A stretch of 64,000 nucleotides of DNA. Source: Acidobacteriota bacterium. Its GTDB lineage: Bacteria; Acidobacteriota; UBA890; WLXD01. The stretch spans positions 192,001 through 256,000 of the forward strand of contig CAXWPH010000006.1 of the NCBI GenBank assembly GCA_963666055.2, read 5' to 3'. A program made the translations under genes and the position numbers. The notes under the pieces are model-generated. The model saw nothing but the letters and a program-made list of their open reading frames with translations, was not told where the DNA came from and did no database searches. Shown here one piece after another: positions 40,964 to 51,235 of this stretch. Position 1 is the first letter of the stretch. The number at the start of each line of letters is the position of its first letter.

Positions 40964-41875
40964 TCACATCTCCGACCGCACACCGCCCGGGCCGAAGGCC
41001 AGCCAGGAGCCCGCCACGCCGGTGGCGGTTCCCCCGACGACCAGCGCCAACGTCCAGGCAGCGCCCAGAAACCGTAGCGGCAACGCGGCCAGAAACCCCA
41101 ACGACTCCCGGTCCAGATACGACAGCCCGACGCTGTAAACGATGTACAGGACGACTACCGAGGCAACACCGGCGATCAAGCCCTGTAGGGCTCCCTCCAC
41201 CAGGAAGCGGCCGACTACGATCGATTCCGAGGCGCCCACCAGGCGCATCGTCTCGATCTCTCTCCGCCGTGTAACGACGAGAGCACGGATCACGTTCGCT
41301 GTCGTAACAACCGCCGCCATCAGCACGGTGCCTCCCAGCAGCATCCCGACGAACCGCAGCGCGCGCACGCCGAGCTCGAGGCGACCGATGATCTGCAGGT
41401 CGTATTGCACCCCTTCTACCGTCGGCAGGTCAGCAAGCTGTTCGGAGAGTCGTTCAAGCACGCGCTCGCTGCGCATGGCGGGCACGATGGTCACCGTGTA
41501 CGATGCCGGCAGCGGATTGTCCTCCAGAAGCCCGAGAACTTCGCCCAATTCAGCGAAGTCGGCGCGGAACAGCTCCGCCGCGTCGTCTGAACTGACGTAG
41601 TGGAACTCTTCGACAGCGGGCGTCTCCCGCAGCTCGGTCTCAATGCGCGTTCGATCAGCATCGTCCGCTTCCGGCAGCATGAACACCTGCAGCTGTCCTC
41701 GCTCGCGCCAGCTCACCAGCACATCGTTCAGGTTCTCCGAAACCAAGACGAACGCCCCGAGGACAGTGAGCGATACGATCATCACGACAACAGCCGGGGC
41801 CACCACGTTACGGTGGAACCACAGGCTGCGGGCGGCTTCCTCGCAGCAGAGGCCAATGTAGTGCTGGAGGTTCAC
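40964..41875 (-). CDS. ftsX: Cell division permease FtsX
   Basis: NPLPASY, RRREIETMRLVGAS, FLVEG; follows ftsE. Confidence 0.92.
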   Translation of the reverse strand: MNLQHYIGLCCEEAARSLWFHRNVVAPAVVVMIVSLTVLGAFVLVSENLNDVLVSWRERGQLQVFMLPEADDADRTRIETELRETPAVEEFHYVSSDDAAELFRADFAELGEVLGLLEDNPLPASYTVTIVPAMRSERVLERLSEQLADLPTVEGVQYDLQIIGRLELGVRALRFVGMLLGGTVLMAAVVTTANVIRALVVTRRREIETMRLVGASESIVVGRFLVEGALQGLIAGVASVVVLYIVYSVGLSYLDRESLGFLAALPLRFLGAAWTLALVVGGTATGVAGSWLAFGPGGVRSEM

Positions 41876-41877
41876 GT

Positions 41878-42555
41878 TCAGCCCGCGGCGGCGTGGCGGC
41901 GATCGAGGGAGCGCAATCGCCCCTGCTCGATGAGCAAGGTGCGCCGGCCCAGTGCGGCGATCATGTCCGGATCATGCGTTGCCAGCACAACGGTCGTGCC
42001 GCGACGGTTGATGGCCCGAAAAATGCGCAGCATATCGATCGCCGTATCCGGATCCAGGTTGCCAGTAGGCTCGTCGGCCAACAGCAGCGCCGGCGCCGAC
42101 ATCAGTGCTCGAGACAACCCGACGCGCTGCTGCTCGCCGGCAGACAGCTGGGCCGGATAGAGATCGGCCCGGTGCTCGAGACCCGTGAGCTTCAAGAGCT
42201 CCACCGCGCGCCGCCCAGCCTCGCCGCGCGACAGACCCAACACACGGCCTACGAAGGCGACATTCTCCACCGCGCTGCGATCCTCGATCAGGCGCGCATC
42301 CTGGAACACGAGCCCGATACGTCGTCGGAACGGTGGCACTTCGCGGCGCTTGAGGCTGGCGACATTACGCCCGTCAACGAGCAGCTGACCGCTCGTTGGC
42401 AGCTCCGCGCGGTACAACAGACGGAGCAACGTTGTCTTACCGGCACCGCTGGCCCCAGTGAGGAACACGAACTCACCTGGCCGAATCTGCACGCTGACGT
42501 CGCGCAGCGCGGTGACGCTGCCGTAGCGCTTGGTAACGTGGAACGCGCGGATCAT
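41878..42555 (-). CDS. ftsE: Cell division ATP-binding protein FtsE
   Basis: GASGAGKTT, IGLVFQDARL, LSAGEQQR, ADEPTGNLD. Confidence 0.93.
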   Translation of the reverse strand: MIRAFHVTKRYGSVTALRDVSVQIRPGEFVFLTGASGAGKTTLLRLLYRAELPTSGQLLVDGRNVASLKRREVPPFRRRIGLVFQDARLIEDRSAVENVAFVGRVLGLSRGEAGRRAVELLKLTGLEHRADLYPAQLSAGEQQRVGLSRALMSAPALLLADEPTGNLDPDTAIDMLRIFRAINRRGTTVVLATHDPDMIAALGRRTLLIEQGRLRSLDRRHAAAG

Positions 42556-44006
42556 TCTTGCAGCTTCTCCTCGAGCAGCCGTCGCACCAGGGCCGGGTCG
42601 GCCCGGCCCTTGCTCTCACGCATGACTTCGCCAATGAGCACGCCTAGCACCTGGTGACGGCCTGACCGATACGCCTGCACCTCGTCCTGCCGCGCGCTCA
42701 CGACCGCGGCGATGATCGGCTCGAGTACCGCCGGGTCGCCCACCTGCTCGAGTGCCTCGGCGGCGATGATCTCACGCGCCGACGCTCGCGTCGCCGCCAT
42801 CTGATCCAGCACCTTCTTGGCAGCGCTGTTTGAGATCGTTCGGTCGGTTATTGCAGCCAGCAGGCCGGCGAGATCTTCAGCGCCCACCGGGAACGCCGAC
42901 ACGGCAACATCGTGCTGTCGCAACCACGCTGCCACCTCGCCGCGTATCCAGTTGCTCGCGAGGCCGGCATCGGCCCCCGCAGCCACCACCGTCTCGTAGT
43001 AGTCGGCGCGGTCGGGATCCTCTACCAACCAGCGAGCGTCCTCGGCAGGCACGCTCCCGTCGCGCTCGAGTCGTTGCGCCCGCTCGAACGGCAGCTCCGG
43101 AACTTGCTGCCGTGCCGCTTCGACCGCCTCATCGTCGATCTGCAACGGCACGAGGTCGGGATCGGGGAAGTAGCGGTAGTCGTGTTCCTCCTCCTTGGAA
43201 CGCATCTCTACCGTCTCTCCTTTCTCTACATCCCACAGCCGGGTGGCCGCTTCGAGGCTACCGCCATCGTCCAACAGCGCCGCTTGCCGCCGCTCCTCGA
43301 ACGCCAATGCCTGGCGCAGGAAGCGAAACGAGTTGAGGTTCTTCAGCTCGGTCTTGGAATTGAGCACCTTCTGTCCGATCGGCCGCAGCGAGATGTTGGC
43401 GTCGCACCGTAGGCTCCCCTCCTCCATGTTGGCGTCGGTGACCTCGAGATGTAGAAGCATGGTCCGCAAGGCGGCGAGAAAGTCGCTCGCCTGTTGGGGG
43501 CCGTTGAGATCGGGTTCGGTGACGATCTCCAGCAACGGCGTACCGCATCGATTCAGATCGATCAGCGTTCGGCGGCCGCTCCCCGGGCGGCCGTGCGACG
43601 ACTTCCCGGCGTCCTCTTCCAGGTGAACGCGATGGACACGAGTGCACTCCGTTACGTCGCCGCTGTGATACCGCAACCGCCCACACGTTCCGATTGGTAG
43701 CTCGTACTGCGAGATCTGATAACCCTTTGGCAAGTCGGGATAGAAATAGTTCTTGCGTGCGAACACGGCGCGCGGCGCGATCTCGCACCCCAGCGCTACG
43801 GCGACGATGATAGACAACCGCACTGCTTCGTCGTTGGCGACCGGCAGCGCCCCTGGCAGACCGAGGCACACCGGACAGGTGTGCAGGTTCGGCGGGTCGC
43901 CGAATTTTGGAGCGCAGCCGCAGAACAACTTGGTCCGAGTCCGCAGCTGGACATGCACTTCCAGCCCGACGATGGTCTCGTAATCCGCCCCGGTGCCACT
44001 GCCCAT
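42552..44006 (-). CDS. gatB: Asp/Glu-tRNA amidotransferase subunit B
   Basis: GLEVHVQL, RKNYFYPDLPKGYQISQ, HLEEDAGK, RCDANIS, YRYFPDPDL. Confidence 0.97.
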   Translation of the reverse strand: MGSGTGADYETIVGLEVHVQLRTRTKLFCGCAPKFGDPPNLHTCPVCLGLPGALPVANDEAVRLSIIVAVALGCEIAPRAVFARKNYFYPDLPKGYQISQYELPIGTCGRLRYHSGDVTECTRVHRVHLEEDAGKSSHGRPGSGRRTLIDLNRCGTPLLEIVTEPDLNGPQQASDFLAALRTMLLHLEVTDANMEEGSLRCDANISLRPIGQKVLNSKTELKNLNSFRFLRQALAFEERRQAALLDDGGSLEAATRLWDVEKGETVEMRSKEEEHDYRYFPDPDLVPLQIDDEAVEAARQQVPELPFERAQRLERDGSVPAEDARWLVEDPDRADYYETVVAAGADAGLASNWIRGEVAAWLRQHDVAVSAFPVGAEDLAGLLAAITDRTISNSAAKKVLDQMAATRASAREIIAAEALEQVGDPAVLEPIIAAVVSARQDEVQAYRSGRHQVLGVLIGEVMRESKGRADPALVRRLLEEKLQE

Positions 44007-44061
44007 GCGGTGATTCTAGTGGACCCGCCGACCGGACTCCGCGAACCTGTTCCGGGTGTGG

Positions 44062-46833
44062 CTAGAAGTCCAGATCAGTGAGGTACGGATTCACACTTGG
44101 GCGCTCGACCTTGTCGTCCTTCGGCTGCGTCGCCGGCTTGGTCGGTTCAGCGAGCGCCGGCGCCGGGAGCGCGCCTTCGGGGCGACGCCCTCGGCCCCCT
44201 CGGCCACGAGATCCAGAGGTCGACTTGTCTCCGGTATCGTCGCCGGTGCCGCGACCTTTGTCGGCGGACGACTTGCCACGCGCACGTCGCGAGCCACTAT
44301 CGGACTCGGTGGCATCACCGCGACCGCGGCCGCGACGACGGGCGCTCTTTTCCGAGCCGCCCACACCACCAGCGCGCTTGTCGGTGGTCGCCTCAACCGC
44401 CGATTCGGCGCCATCGGGGGGCGCAGGTGAGCTCTCCGAGCTGACTGTCTCGCCGGCTGCCGAAGCCGGTGTGCTGCGCCTGCGCCTACGTCCACCGCGA
44501 CTTCCGCGGCGACGACGCGGCTTGGGCCCCTCCGAAGATTCCTCGGAGGCATTTCCGGCAACGACTCGTTCCCGTTGCTCTTTCTCGGCTGGCGCGTCAG
44601 CCGCCACCGGCGCCGACTTTCCGCGCCCACGACGACGTCGTCCGCGGCGCGGACGGGCGCGCTTCTCGGGCGCCGGCGCAGCCTTGGGCAGGGGGCCTTC
44701 TTCAAGGACAAAGTCGAGCCGGCGACGTTCCACGTCGGCCTTGGCGACACGCACCCGTACCTGATCGCCGAGCGCCAGAACGCGGCTGCCGCGCTCCCCA
44801 CGCAAGCTGTGCTTGGCCTCGTCGAACCGGTAATAGTCGTCGCTGAGTGTCGATACCGGCACCATGCCCTCGACCAACACATCGTCGAGCTCGACGAAGA
44901 AGCCGAATGCTTGCACGCCCACGATGTGTCCCGTGTACACCTCCCCGAGCTTGTCCGACATGAACTGCACTTTCTTCCATCCGCAGTACTCGCGTTCGGC
45001 CTCTTCAGCACGACGCTCCTGGCTCGAGCAGTAGCTGGCGATGCTCTCGAGGTCTGCCGGCATCGGGACGGCGGCATCGGAACCTGCCGTCGAGTCTCGA
45101 TCGAATTTCAATGCTCGGTGGACGATCAGGTCGGGATAGCGACGGATGGGCGAGGTGAAATGTGTGTAGCGCTCCGACGCCAGACCGAAGTGCCCCTCGT
45201 TCTCGACCTGGTATTGCGCCCGCTTCATGCCGCGCAGGACGAGCATAGATACGACGCGCTCCTCGGGCCTACCCTCGAGTCGTTCCAGCAGCTCGCTGAA
45301 GTGGCGCGGGCTGGGTGTAGGCCCGCCGCCGAACGAGTATCCAAGACCGCTGAGGAAGTCGCGTAGTGCCTCGACGCGCCTCTCGTCGGGCCCTTCATGC
45401 ACGCGATAGAGCCCGTCCACACCTTCCCAGGTCATGTGGCTGGCAACCACCTCATTGGCCCGAATCATGAATTCCTCGATGATCCGGTGCGCCGCGTTGC
45501 GCTCGGCGCGCACGATGTCCTCGGTCTCGCCGCGCAAGTTGATAATCAGCTCGGGCTCCGGCAGATCGAAATCGATGCTGCCACGTTGCCGGCGCACGTC
45601 CATGAGCAGCTTGGCGAGCTCCTGCATGCGCTCGAGGTTCTCGACGTGTGCCTCGTGTTCCTTGCGGGCTTCATCATCGCCGTCCAGAACCGCTGCCACC
45701 TGTCTGTAGGTCAGGCGCGCGGCGGAATGGATAACACCGTCGTGAAACTCGTAGTTCAGCGTGCGGCCCTGACGGTCGATGTCGACGACCAGAGATTGCA
45801 CCAGACGGTCGACCCCTGGCTTCAGCGAGCAGATTTCGTTCGACAGCGATTCCGGCAACATCGGCAGGACGCGATCCGGGAAGTAGACAGACGTGGCGCG
45901 CTTTCGCGCCTCCGCATCAATACGCGAGCCCGGCGCCACGTAGTGCGCTACGTCGGCAATGTGGATGTGCAGTCGATAGGTCCTGTCAGGCTGACCTTCC
46001 ACGTACACGGCATCGTCGAAATCCTGTGCGTTCTCGCCGTCGATCGTGATGATCGGCAAGGTGCGAAAATCCGTGCGTCCTTCGATCTCCTCTTCGCTCA
46101 CCGTCGTCGCGGCCTCGCTCGCCTCCTTCAGCACCGCAGCGGGAAACTCGTGAGGAAGATCGTACTCACGGATCACGATCTCGACGTCGACCTTGGCGTC
46201 GGCAGCGTCACCGAGCACCTCGACGACCTTGCCGACAGCGCCGCGGCGCCCTTGTGGGTACTCGACAATCTCGATGCTGACGATCTGCCCGTCGGCGGCA
46301 TCGCCGAGGGAACTCGCCGGTATGGCGATCTCGTTGCCGAGGCGCCGATCGAGTGGGCGGGCGTAGGCAAGTCCCCCTACGTGCTCGAGCTTGGCAACGA
46401 TTCTGCTGCGCGCACGCTCGAGCACGCGAATCACCCGACCCTCGCGCTTGCCGCTGCGACGTCGATGCTCGAAGCGAGCGATCACGCGGTCGCCGTGCAG
46501 CGCACCCCGCAGCTGATGGCCGGGGATGAACAGGTCGGACTGTCCGGACCCCGCAACGGGTACCACGAACGCGAAGCCGTCGGGGTGCGCGCTCAGGCGC
46601 CCAACGACGAGGTTCATGCGCTCGGGCGCCCCGTAGCGGCCACGCGTCTCGACGACAGTGCCAGTGGCTACGAGCTCGTCGAGGAGAGCCTGCAGTTGGG
46701 AAACAAGTTCTGGATCGAGCTCAAGATCTTTGGCGAGGGTATCCGGAGACACCGGGCCGCGCGCTGAGTCGCGCAGATGAGTGAGAAGGCGAGAAGCGTC
46801 GAGCACCGGCTCGGCAGACGTGGAGATGGTCAT
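44062..46833 (-). CDS. rnr: Ribonuclease R
   Basis: TIDGENAQDFDDAV, HIADV, IEEFMI.AN, HFTSPIRRYPDL, S1 domain, long basic tail. Confidence 0.95.
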   Translation of the reverse strand: MTISTSAEPVLDASRLLTHLRDSARGPVSPDTLAKDLELDPELVSQLQALLDELVATGTVVETRGRYGAPERMNLVVGRLSAHPDGFAFVVPVAGSGQSDLFIPGHQLRGALHGDRVIARFEHRRRSGKREGRVIRVLERARSRIVAKLEHVGGLAYARPLDRRLGNEIAIPASSLGDAADGQIVSIEIVEYPQGRRGAVGKVVEVLGDAADAKVDVEIVIREYDLPHEFPAAVLKEASEAATTVSEEEIEGRTDFRTLPIITIDGENAQDFDDAVYVEGQPDRTYRLHIHIADVAHYVAPGSRIDAEARKRATSVYFPDRVLPMLPESLSNEICSLKPGVDRLVQSLVVDIDRQGRTLNYEFHDGVIHSAARLTYRQVAAVLDGDDEARKEHEAHVENLERMQELAKLLMDVRRQRGSIDFDLPEPELIINLRGETEDIVRAERNAAHRIIEEFMIRANEVVASHMTWEGVDGLYRVHEGPDERRVEALRDFLSGLGYSFGGGPTPSPRHFSELLERLEGRPEERVVSMLVLRGMKRAQYQVENEGHFGLASERYTHFTSPIRRYPDLIVHRALKFDRDSTAGSDAAVPMPADLESIASYCSSQERRAEEAEREYCGWKKVQFMSDKLGEVYTGHIVGVQAFGFFVELDDVLVEGMVPVSTLSDDYYRFDEAKHSLRGERGSRVLALGDQVRVRVAKADVERRRLDFVLEEGPLPKAAPAPEKRARPRRGRRRRGRGKSAPVAADAPAEKEQRERVVAGNASEESSEGPKPRRRRGSRGGRRRRRSTPASAAGETVSSESSPAPPDGAESAVEATTDKRAGGVGGSEKSARRRGRGRGDATESDSGSRRARGKSSADKGRGTGDDTGDKSTSGSRGRGGRGRRPEGALPAPALAEPTKPATQPKDDKVERPSVNPYLTDLDF

Positions 46834-47110
46834 CTACAACTCTATGCTGACAGTTGCTCCGTGCGCGCAGTCTCATCGTGTCCTCAGGTGCAAATGTCTG
46901 TAGCGATCCTGCGCCTTTGCGATGCTGCGCATTGAGTGGTCGCGCCGCGGGGCCGTAAAACCGCCAGCGCCCCGAGATCGGGGTGGGTGAGCAGAGCGAA
47001 AGGCCCGTTGCGTGGCGGCGACCCAGTGTGCCGGTCAGCGTACGGCCACCGGAAAATCATAGCACCTGCCGCTCCTACACGCCGACGTATGCTGGTGTAC
47101 CCTCTCGCGC

Positions 47111-48946
47111 ATGCTCGGACGCCATCTGCCCGCGCTGATCCTCGTGTTGATCTCCCTGGCTGCTCTGGGGTACGCGGCCACGCTGCGCGTCTCCGACAAC
47201 AAGACCAACGGCACCCACACGGGCATCTTCTGGAGCGACGAGGCCGTCTACCATTCGATGGCCCTTAGCTTCGCGTTCGACGGCGACATCCGGTACGAGC
47301 GCAAGGACCTGGAGCGAGTATACGCGGCAGGCTACAGTGGCGGGCCCTCTGGCCTCTTCCTGGTTCGCAATCCTGCCAACGGCCACCTCTACTACTCGAA
47401 GGCCTGGGTCTACCCGCTGGTGGCGGCACCCTTCGTCCGACTCTTCGGCGACAACGGGTTCTTCATTCTGCACGCGCTGTTGCTCGCCACCATGCTCGCG
47501 GCCGGGTACACGTATGCGCGCCGTGGGTCGCCGTCGGCGGTAGCCAGCCTGTTCACCGTCACCTACGTGCTCGGATCCGTGGTCACGCTGTACTTCTTCT
47601 GGATGACCCCGGAGTGGTTCAACTGCACGTTGATGTTCCTGGCCACCTTCCTATGGCTGTACAAGGAGACCCCCACCGCGTCGCAAGGCGGCAGATGGAG
47701 CTCGCTGCTCGACGGAGCCTGGACCGACTACGCGGCGGCGCTGGTCTACGGGTTGGCGATCTTCTCCAAGCCGCCGAATCTCCTGCTCATCGCCCCTCTA
47801 TTGCTGTGGAACCTGTGGCAGCGACGATGGGGACGCTCCATCGCGTGCGGCACCGTCTGCGCCGGCGTCATCCTGGCGATGTTCGCGGTGACCTGGGCCT
47901 GGATCGGCAGCCCCAACTACCAGGGCGGCGACCGTCGGCAATTCAACGTCAACACGTCGTATCCGCTCTTTAGCCCCGACCAGACCTTCGATTCGATCGG
48001 CATCGACATGACCACCAATCTCTCCGACTTCGCCGCCGCGCTGCCGCCATTCGACACCTGGGCACGCGACCTCGTCTACGTGTGGATCGGGCGTAACGGC
48101 GGCATGGTGCTCTACATGTTTCCGGCAGTCTTGGCGCTGGGTCTGTTCCTGGTACGCAGCCGATGGCGCCTAATGAGCCCACACGGCCTGCTGGCGGTGT
48201 TCTGGCTTCTGGAGATTCTGGCAATCGTGCTGTACGTGCGCGGCAACTGGATCGGAGGTGGCGGCACGGTCGGCAGCCGCTACTTCGCCAACGTATATCC
48301 GGTGCTCTTCTTCATCCTGCCCACCGGTACGCGCCTCGCAGCCTCGGCGGCCTCCTGGGTTGTATGGGGCATGTGCCTGGCGCAGATCGTGCTCAGCCCG
48401 GTAACCGCCTCGCTCCGACCGGCTGCGCACACCACCCATTTGCCCTACACCTTGTTCCCGGTCGAGCTCACCATCCTCCACAATCTCCCGTTCAACACCA
48501 ACCCGCGGGCGCGTCGGCAAACCCTCACCAGGCCAGCCAGATTCCACCTCTACTTCCTCGACGACAACACCTACCTGTCCGAGCCGGAGGTGGGTGGGTT
48601 TTGGGTCAAGGGAGGGCGAGAAGCCGAGGTTGTCCTACGTACCGCGGCACCGGCCGAGCGCATCACGCTCAGCATCCGCAATCGCACGCGGGCCAACCGA
48701 GTCATAGTGCGCTTCGGCAGCCAGGTGGTGGAACGCCGCATCGAGCCGCGGGCGTCGATCGAGCTCACCCTCGAGATCGACGAACAACAACGCTACATCG
48801 AGGGGCCAAGCTGGCTGTACCGACTCAGCATCTGGTCCGAGCAGGGTACGTTGCCCATATTCGACACCGAAGGAAGTGGCGATATCCGCAACCTCGGCGT
48901 CCTGGTCAAGCCATCGGTGGAGCCCGACCTACCGCTGATGCGCTGA
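47111..48946 (+). CDS. Polytopic membrane protein, probable GT-C fold glycosyltransferase
   Basis: WSDEAVY acidic motif in the first loop, about 10 hydrophobic segments, GSRYF, soluble C-terminal domain. Confidence 0.6.
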   Translation: MLGRHLPALILVLISLAALGYAATLRVSDNKTNGTHTGIFWSDEAVYHSMALSFAFDGDIRYERKDLERVYAAGYSGGPSGLFLVRNPANGHLYYSKAWVYPLVAAPFVRLFGDNGFFILHALLLATMLAAGYTYARRGSPSAVASLFTVTYVLGSVVTLYFFWMTPEWFNCTLMFLATFLWLYKETPTASQGGRWSSLLDGAWTDYAAALVYGLAIFSKPPNLLLIAPLLLWNLWQRRWGRSIACGTVCAGVILAMFAVTWAWIGSPNYQGGDRRQFNVNTSYPLFSPDQTFDSIGIDMTTNLSDFAAALPPFDTWARDLVYVWIGRNGGMVLYMFPAVLALGLFLVRSRWRLMSPHGLLAVFWLLEILAIVLYVRGNWIGGGGTVGSRYFANVYPVLFFILPTGTRLAASAASWVVWGMCLAQIVLSPVTASLRPAAHTTHLPYTLFPVELTILHNLPFNTNPRARRQTLTRPARFHLYFLDDNTYLSEPEVGGFWVKGGREAEVVLRTAAPAERITLSIRNRTRANRVIVRFGSQVVERRIEPRASIELTLEIDEQQRYIEGPSWLYRLSIWSEQGTLPIFDTEGSGDIRNLGVLVKPSVEPDLPLMR

Positions 48947-48998
48947 GCCGCCACGGCTCCAGCATGTGGCAAGACCCTTGTTATACTCGCCCGTCCAT

Positions 48999-49082
48999 GC
49001 CCAAGTGGCGGAATTGGCAGACGCGCTAGGTTCAGGACCTAGTGGGGGCAACCCCGTGGAGGTTCAAGTCCTCTCTTGGGCA
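48999..49082 (+). tRNA. tRNA-Leu (CAG)
   Basis: GCCCAAG...CTAGG-TTCAGGA-CCTAG, long variable arm, GGTTCAAGTCC, CTTGGGCA; TATACT -10 box upstream. Confidence 0.95.
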
Positions 49083-49233
49083 CTTGATGTAACCTATTGA
49101 CAGGTAACGAGTTGCGGAAGGGAGCCGGCCGGCGCGGCCAGGTTCCTTTCGGCGTTTCAGGGCCAGAAAGTAACGAACAGGTAACGGGAGGCGCGTGTCC
49201 CGGCAGCGTAGCTCCGAACTGGAGCATCGCTCC

Positions 49234-49420
49234 TACTTCCTCCGGGCCGTTAGCTCAGTTGGCAGAGCACCGGCCTTTTAAACCTGCCCCGCCCGGTTTC
49301 CGGAACCCTGCAGCGACGGGCGATTCCGCGCTTTCTCCCGTCGACATGGCCACTTACGAGTTTACGTAGGGTTGCGCAGTTTACGCAGCTTTAGCTCCGC
49401 GTAAGGGCAAAACAAGGGCG
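49234..49420 (+). repeat. ~190-bp repeat copy 1: 5' half of tRNA-Lys(TTT) (49244-49281) + att arm
   Basis: GGGCCGTTAGCTCAGTTGGCAGAGCACCGGCCTTTTAA with no T-arm or 3' acceptor strand; similar to 51236-51424. Confidence 0.88.
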
Positions 49421-49672
49421 GCACGAGGGGCGCGACGCGGAAGGTGCCTGCTCTCGCCTACCCTGCTAACGCGCTCGCCGAGCCGACTCGGCCCGATCCA
49501 ACGGACGCTCGCCCCGTAAGATTCCTGCCGTCTAATCAACGCTCGGGTCGGCGTAAGTTCCTGCATAGAAAGAAATTGACGACGGGCGCCCTGGTGCTAC
49601 AGCCGTGGGGGCTGGTGTCGAACACGCGAACAACGGCGACCCAATGGGCAACAGACGCCAACGGTCACAGCG

Positions 49673-49785
49673 GTAATGGATTACCGCGGACACTGTACGA
49701 GTACGCGTGCCACGAGGGGAACTACTCGCTCGCCAATACCCTGAGTGGCGCGCGCTATGAGGAGACCAGCGAGGAGAACAGATAG
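49673..49785 (+). pseudogene. C-terminal stub of a conserved hypothetical protein
   Basis: LYEYACHEGNYSLANTLSGAR..E motif without an N-terminus. Confidence 0.6.
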
Positions 49786-49882
49786 CGCCGGTCGCCAGCG
49801 CGGGCGACATGGTACGGTGGCATGGCTCGATGCGTGGATGCTGCATTCGACCAAATGAGCTCACACAGACAGGAGAACGGCG

Positions 49883-51145
49883 ATGGGCGACGATCGACAC
49901 CGCGTGGATCAGACAGGGCTACGAACCCCCGACAACACGCCGACGATGCCGCGAGCAGGCCTGGCACTGGCGGGAGTGCTGGCGACTGTTCTGCTGGTGA
50001 CGGTGTCTGTGCTGAGCACGACCGCGACCGTCGACGCAGCGTCGCATCCGCCGATCCAGGCGCAACAGTCGGGCGATGCCGCGATGCCCGACACCGATTC
50101 GATGAGCGATGAGGAGTTCGTAACGCTGCTGGCGTCAGCAGAGCTGGGCCCCTACGCGCGTGAGGATGCTCTCGCCGATACGTTCTCGCTAGAGCGCGCC
50201 GTCAGCTTCCTCGATCGGGTTGCCCTGACATGGGGTGAGAAGTACGGCTGCGTCACCTGCCATACGAACGGTTTGTATCTCACGGCACCGCCCGAGATCT
50301 TCGCCGAGCGCCGTGCCTTCGAGATAGCACACGATCAGGCTGCTCGCTATGTGCGCTCCTGGCGCGCCAACGACGTGCCTGGCAACGATGCGCCCGCCCC
50401 AGACGTGCCGGACGTCGTTGGCACGTCTGCGTTTCTGGCCATCAACGAGGCCCAGTCCGGTGAAAAAGAGCTCAGCGACATCACCGTGGAGGCGCTCGAC
50501 CGCGCCTGGTCGCTACAGGACGAAGGGGGCCACTGGACTGGGTTTGTATCCAACTGGCCGCCGTTCTACGATCGCCAGTGGCCCGTCACGCTGATGGTGA
50601 TCGCTACCGGCATGGCTCCGGGCGACTACGCCAGCACTGACGCCGCCGTGGAGGGGATGCGCAGGATTCGCGACCACATCGACGCGAACCCGCCCGAGTT
50701 CGCCCACAACCGCGGCATGCTGCTGTGGGCCGGCAGCGTCAACGAGGGGCTGGTCAGCGACGCCGATCGCCAACGCTGGATCGACGAGCTTCTCGATCTG
50801 CAGCGTGACGACGGTGGCTGGGCCTCGGGAAAGCTCGGCGTATGGCGTATGCGCAAGGGGCTCGACACCGATCCCCCGGTTACTGTCGAAAGTGATGGCT
50901 ACGGCACCGGCTTCGTCATGTACGTCCTGCGACAGGCCGGCGTGCCGGCGTCGCACGCCGCGATCCAGCGCGGTGTCGGGTGGTTGAAGGCGAACCAGCG
51001 GGCCGGAGGGTACTGGTGGACCCAGTCCATACGCAATAGCTTCACAACCTCGAACTTCCTGACGCACGCCGGCACGACGTTCGCGGTCAAGGCGCTCGCG
51101 GCCTCTACGATCGAAACGGGAGGCGTCGCCAACACCGAGCGTTGA
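49883..51145 (+). CDS. Exported prenyltransferase/squalene-cyclase-repeat protein
   Basis: Hydrophobic signal, CVTCHT, QW repeats (LQDEGGHW, LQRDDGGW, NQRAGGYW), SDGYGTG. Confidence 0.78.
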   Translation: MGDDRHRVDQTGLRTPDNTPTMPRAGLALAGVLATVLLVTVSVLSTTATVDAASHPPIQAQQSGDAAMPDTDSMSDEEFVTLLASAELGPYAREDALADTFSLERAVSFLDRVALTWGEKYGCVTCHTNGLYLTAPPEIFAERRAFEIAHDQAARYVRSWRANDVPGNDAPAPDVPDVVGTSAFLAINEAQSGEKELSDITVEALDRAWSLQDEGGHWTGFVSNWPPFYDRQWPVTLMVIATGMAPGDYASTDAAVEGMRRIRDHIDANPPEFAHNRGMLLWAGSVNEGLVSDADRQRWIDELLDLQRDDGGWASGKLGVWRMRKGLDTDPPVTVESDGYGTGFVMYVLRQAGVPASHAAIQRGVGWLKANQRAGGYWWTQSIRNSFTTSNFLTHAGTTFAVKALAASTIETGGVANTER

Positions 51146-51235
51146 GCGCCACCCCCGAACGTGCTGATCGTCGGCGTTGACACTCGGCCGTCCGCCGTAG
51201 CGAAGACTCGTAACGCCGTGCCGCGCGAGCGCTTA

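Noticed and set aside
49244-49320. Complete tRNA-Lys gene
   Set aside because: The anticodon 3' stem is mismatched and there is no TTC T-loop or acceptor 3' strand; treated as an att fragment.
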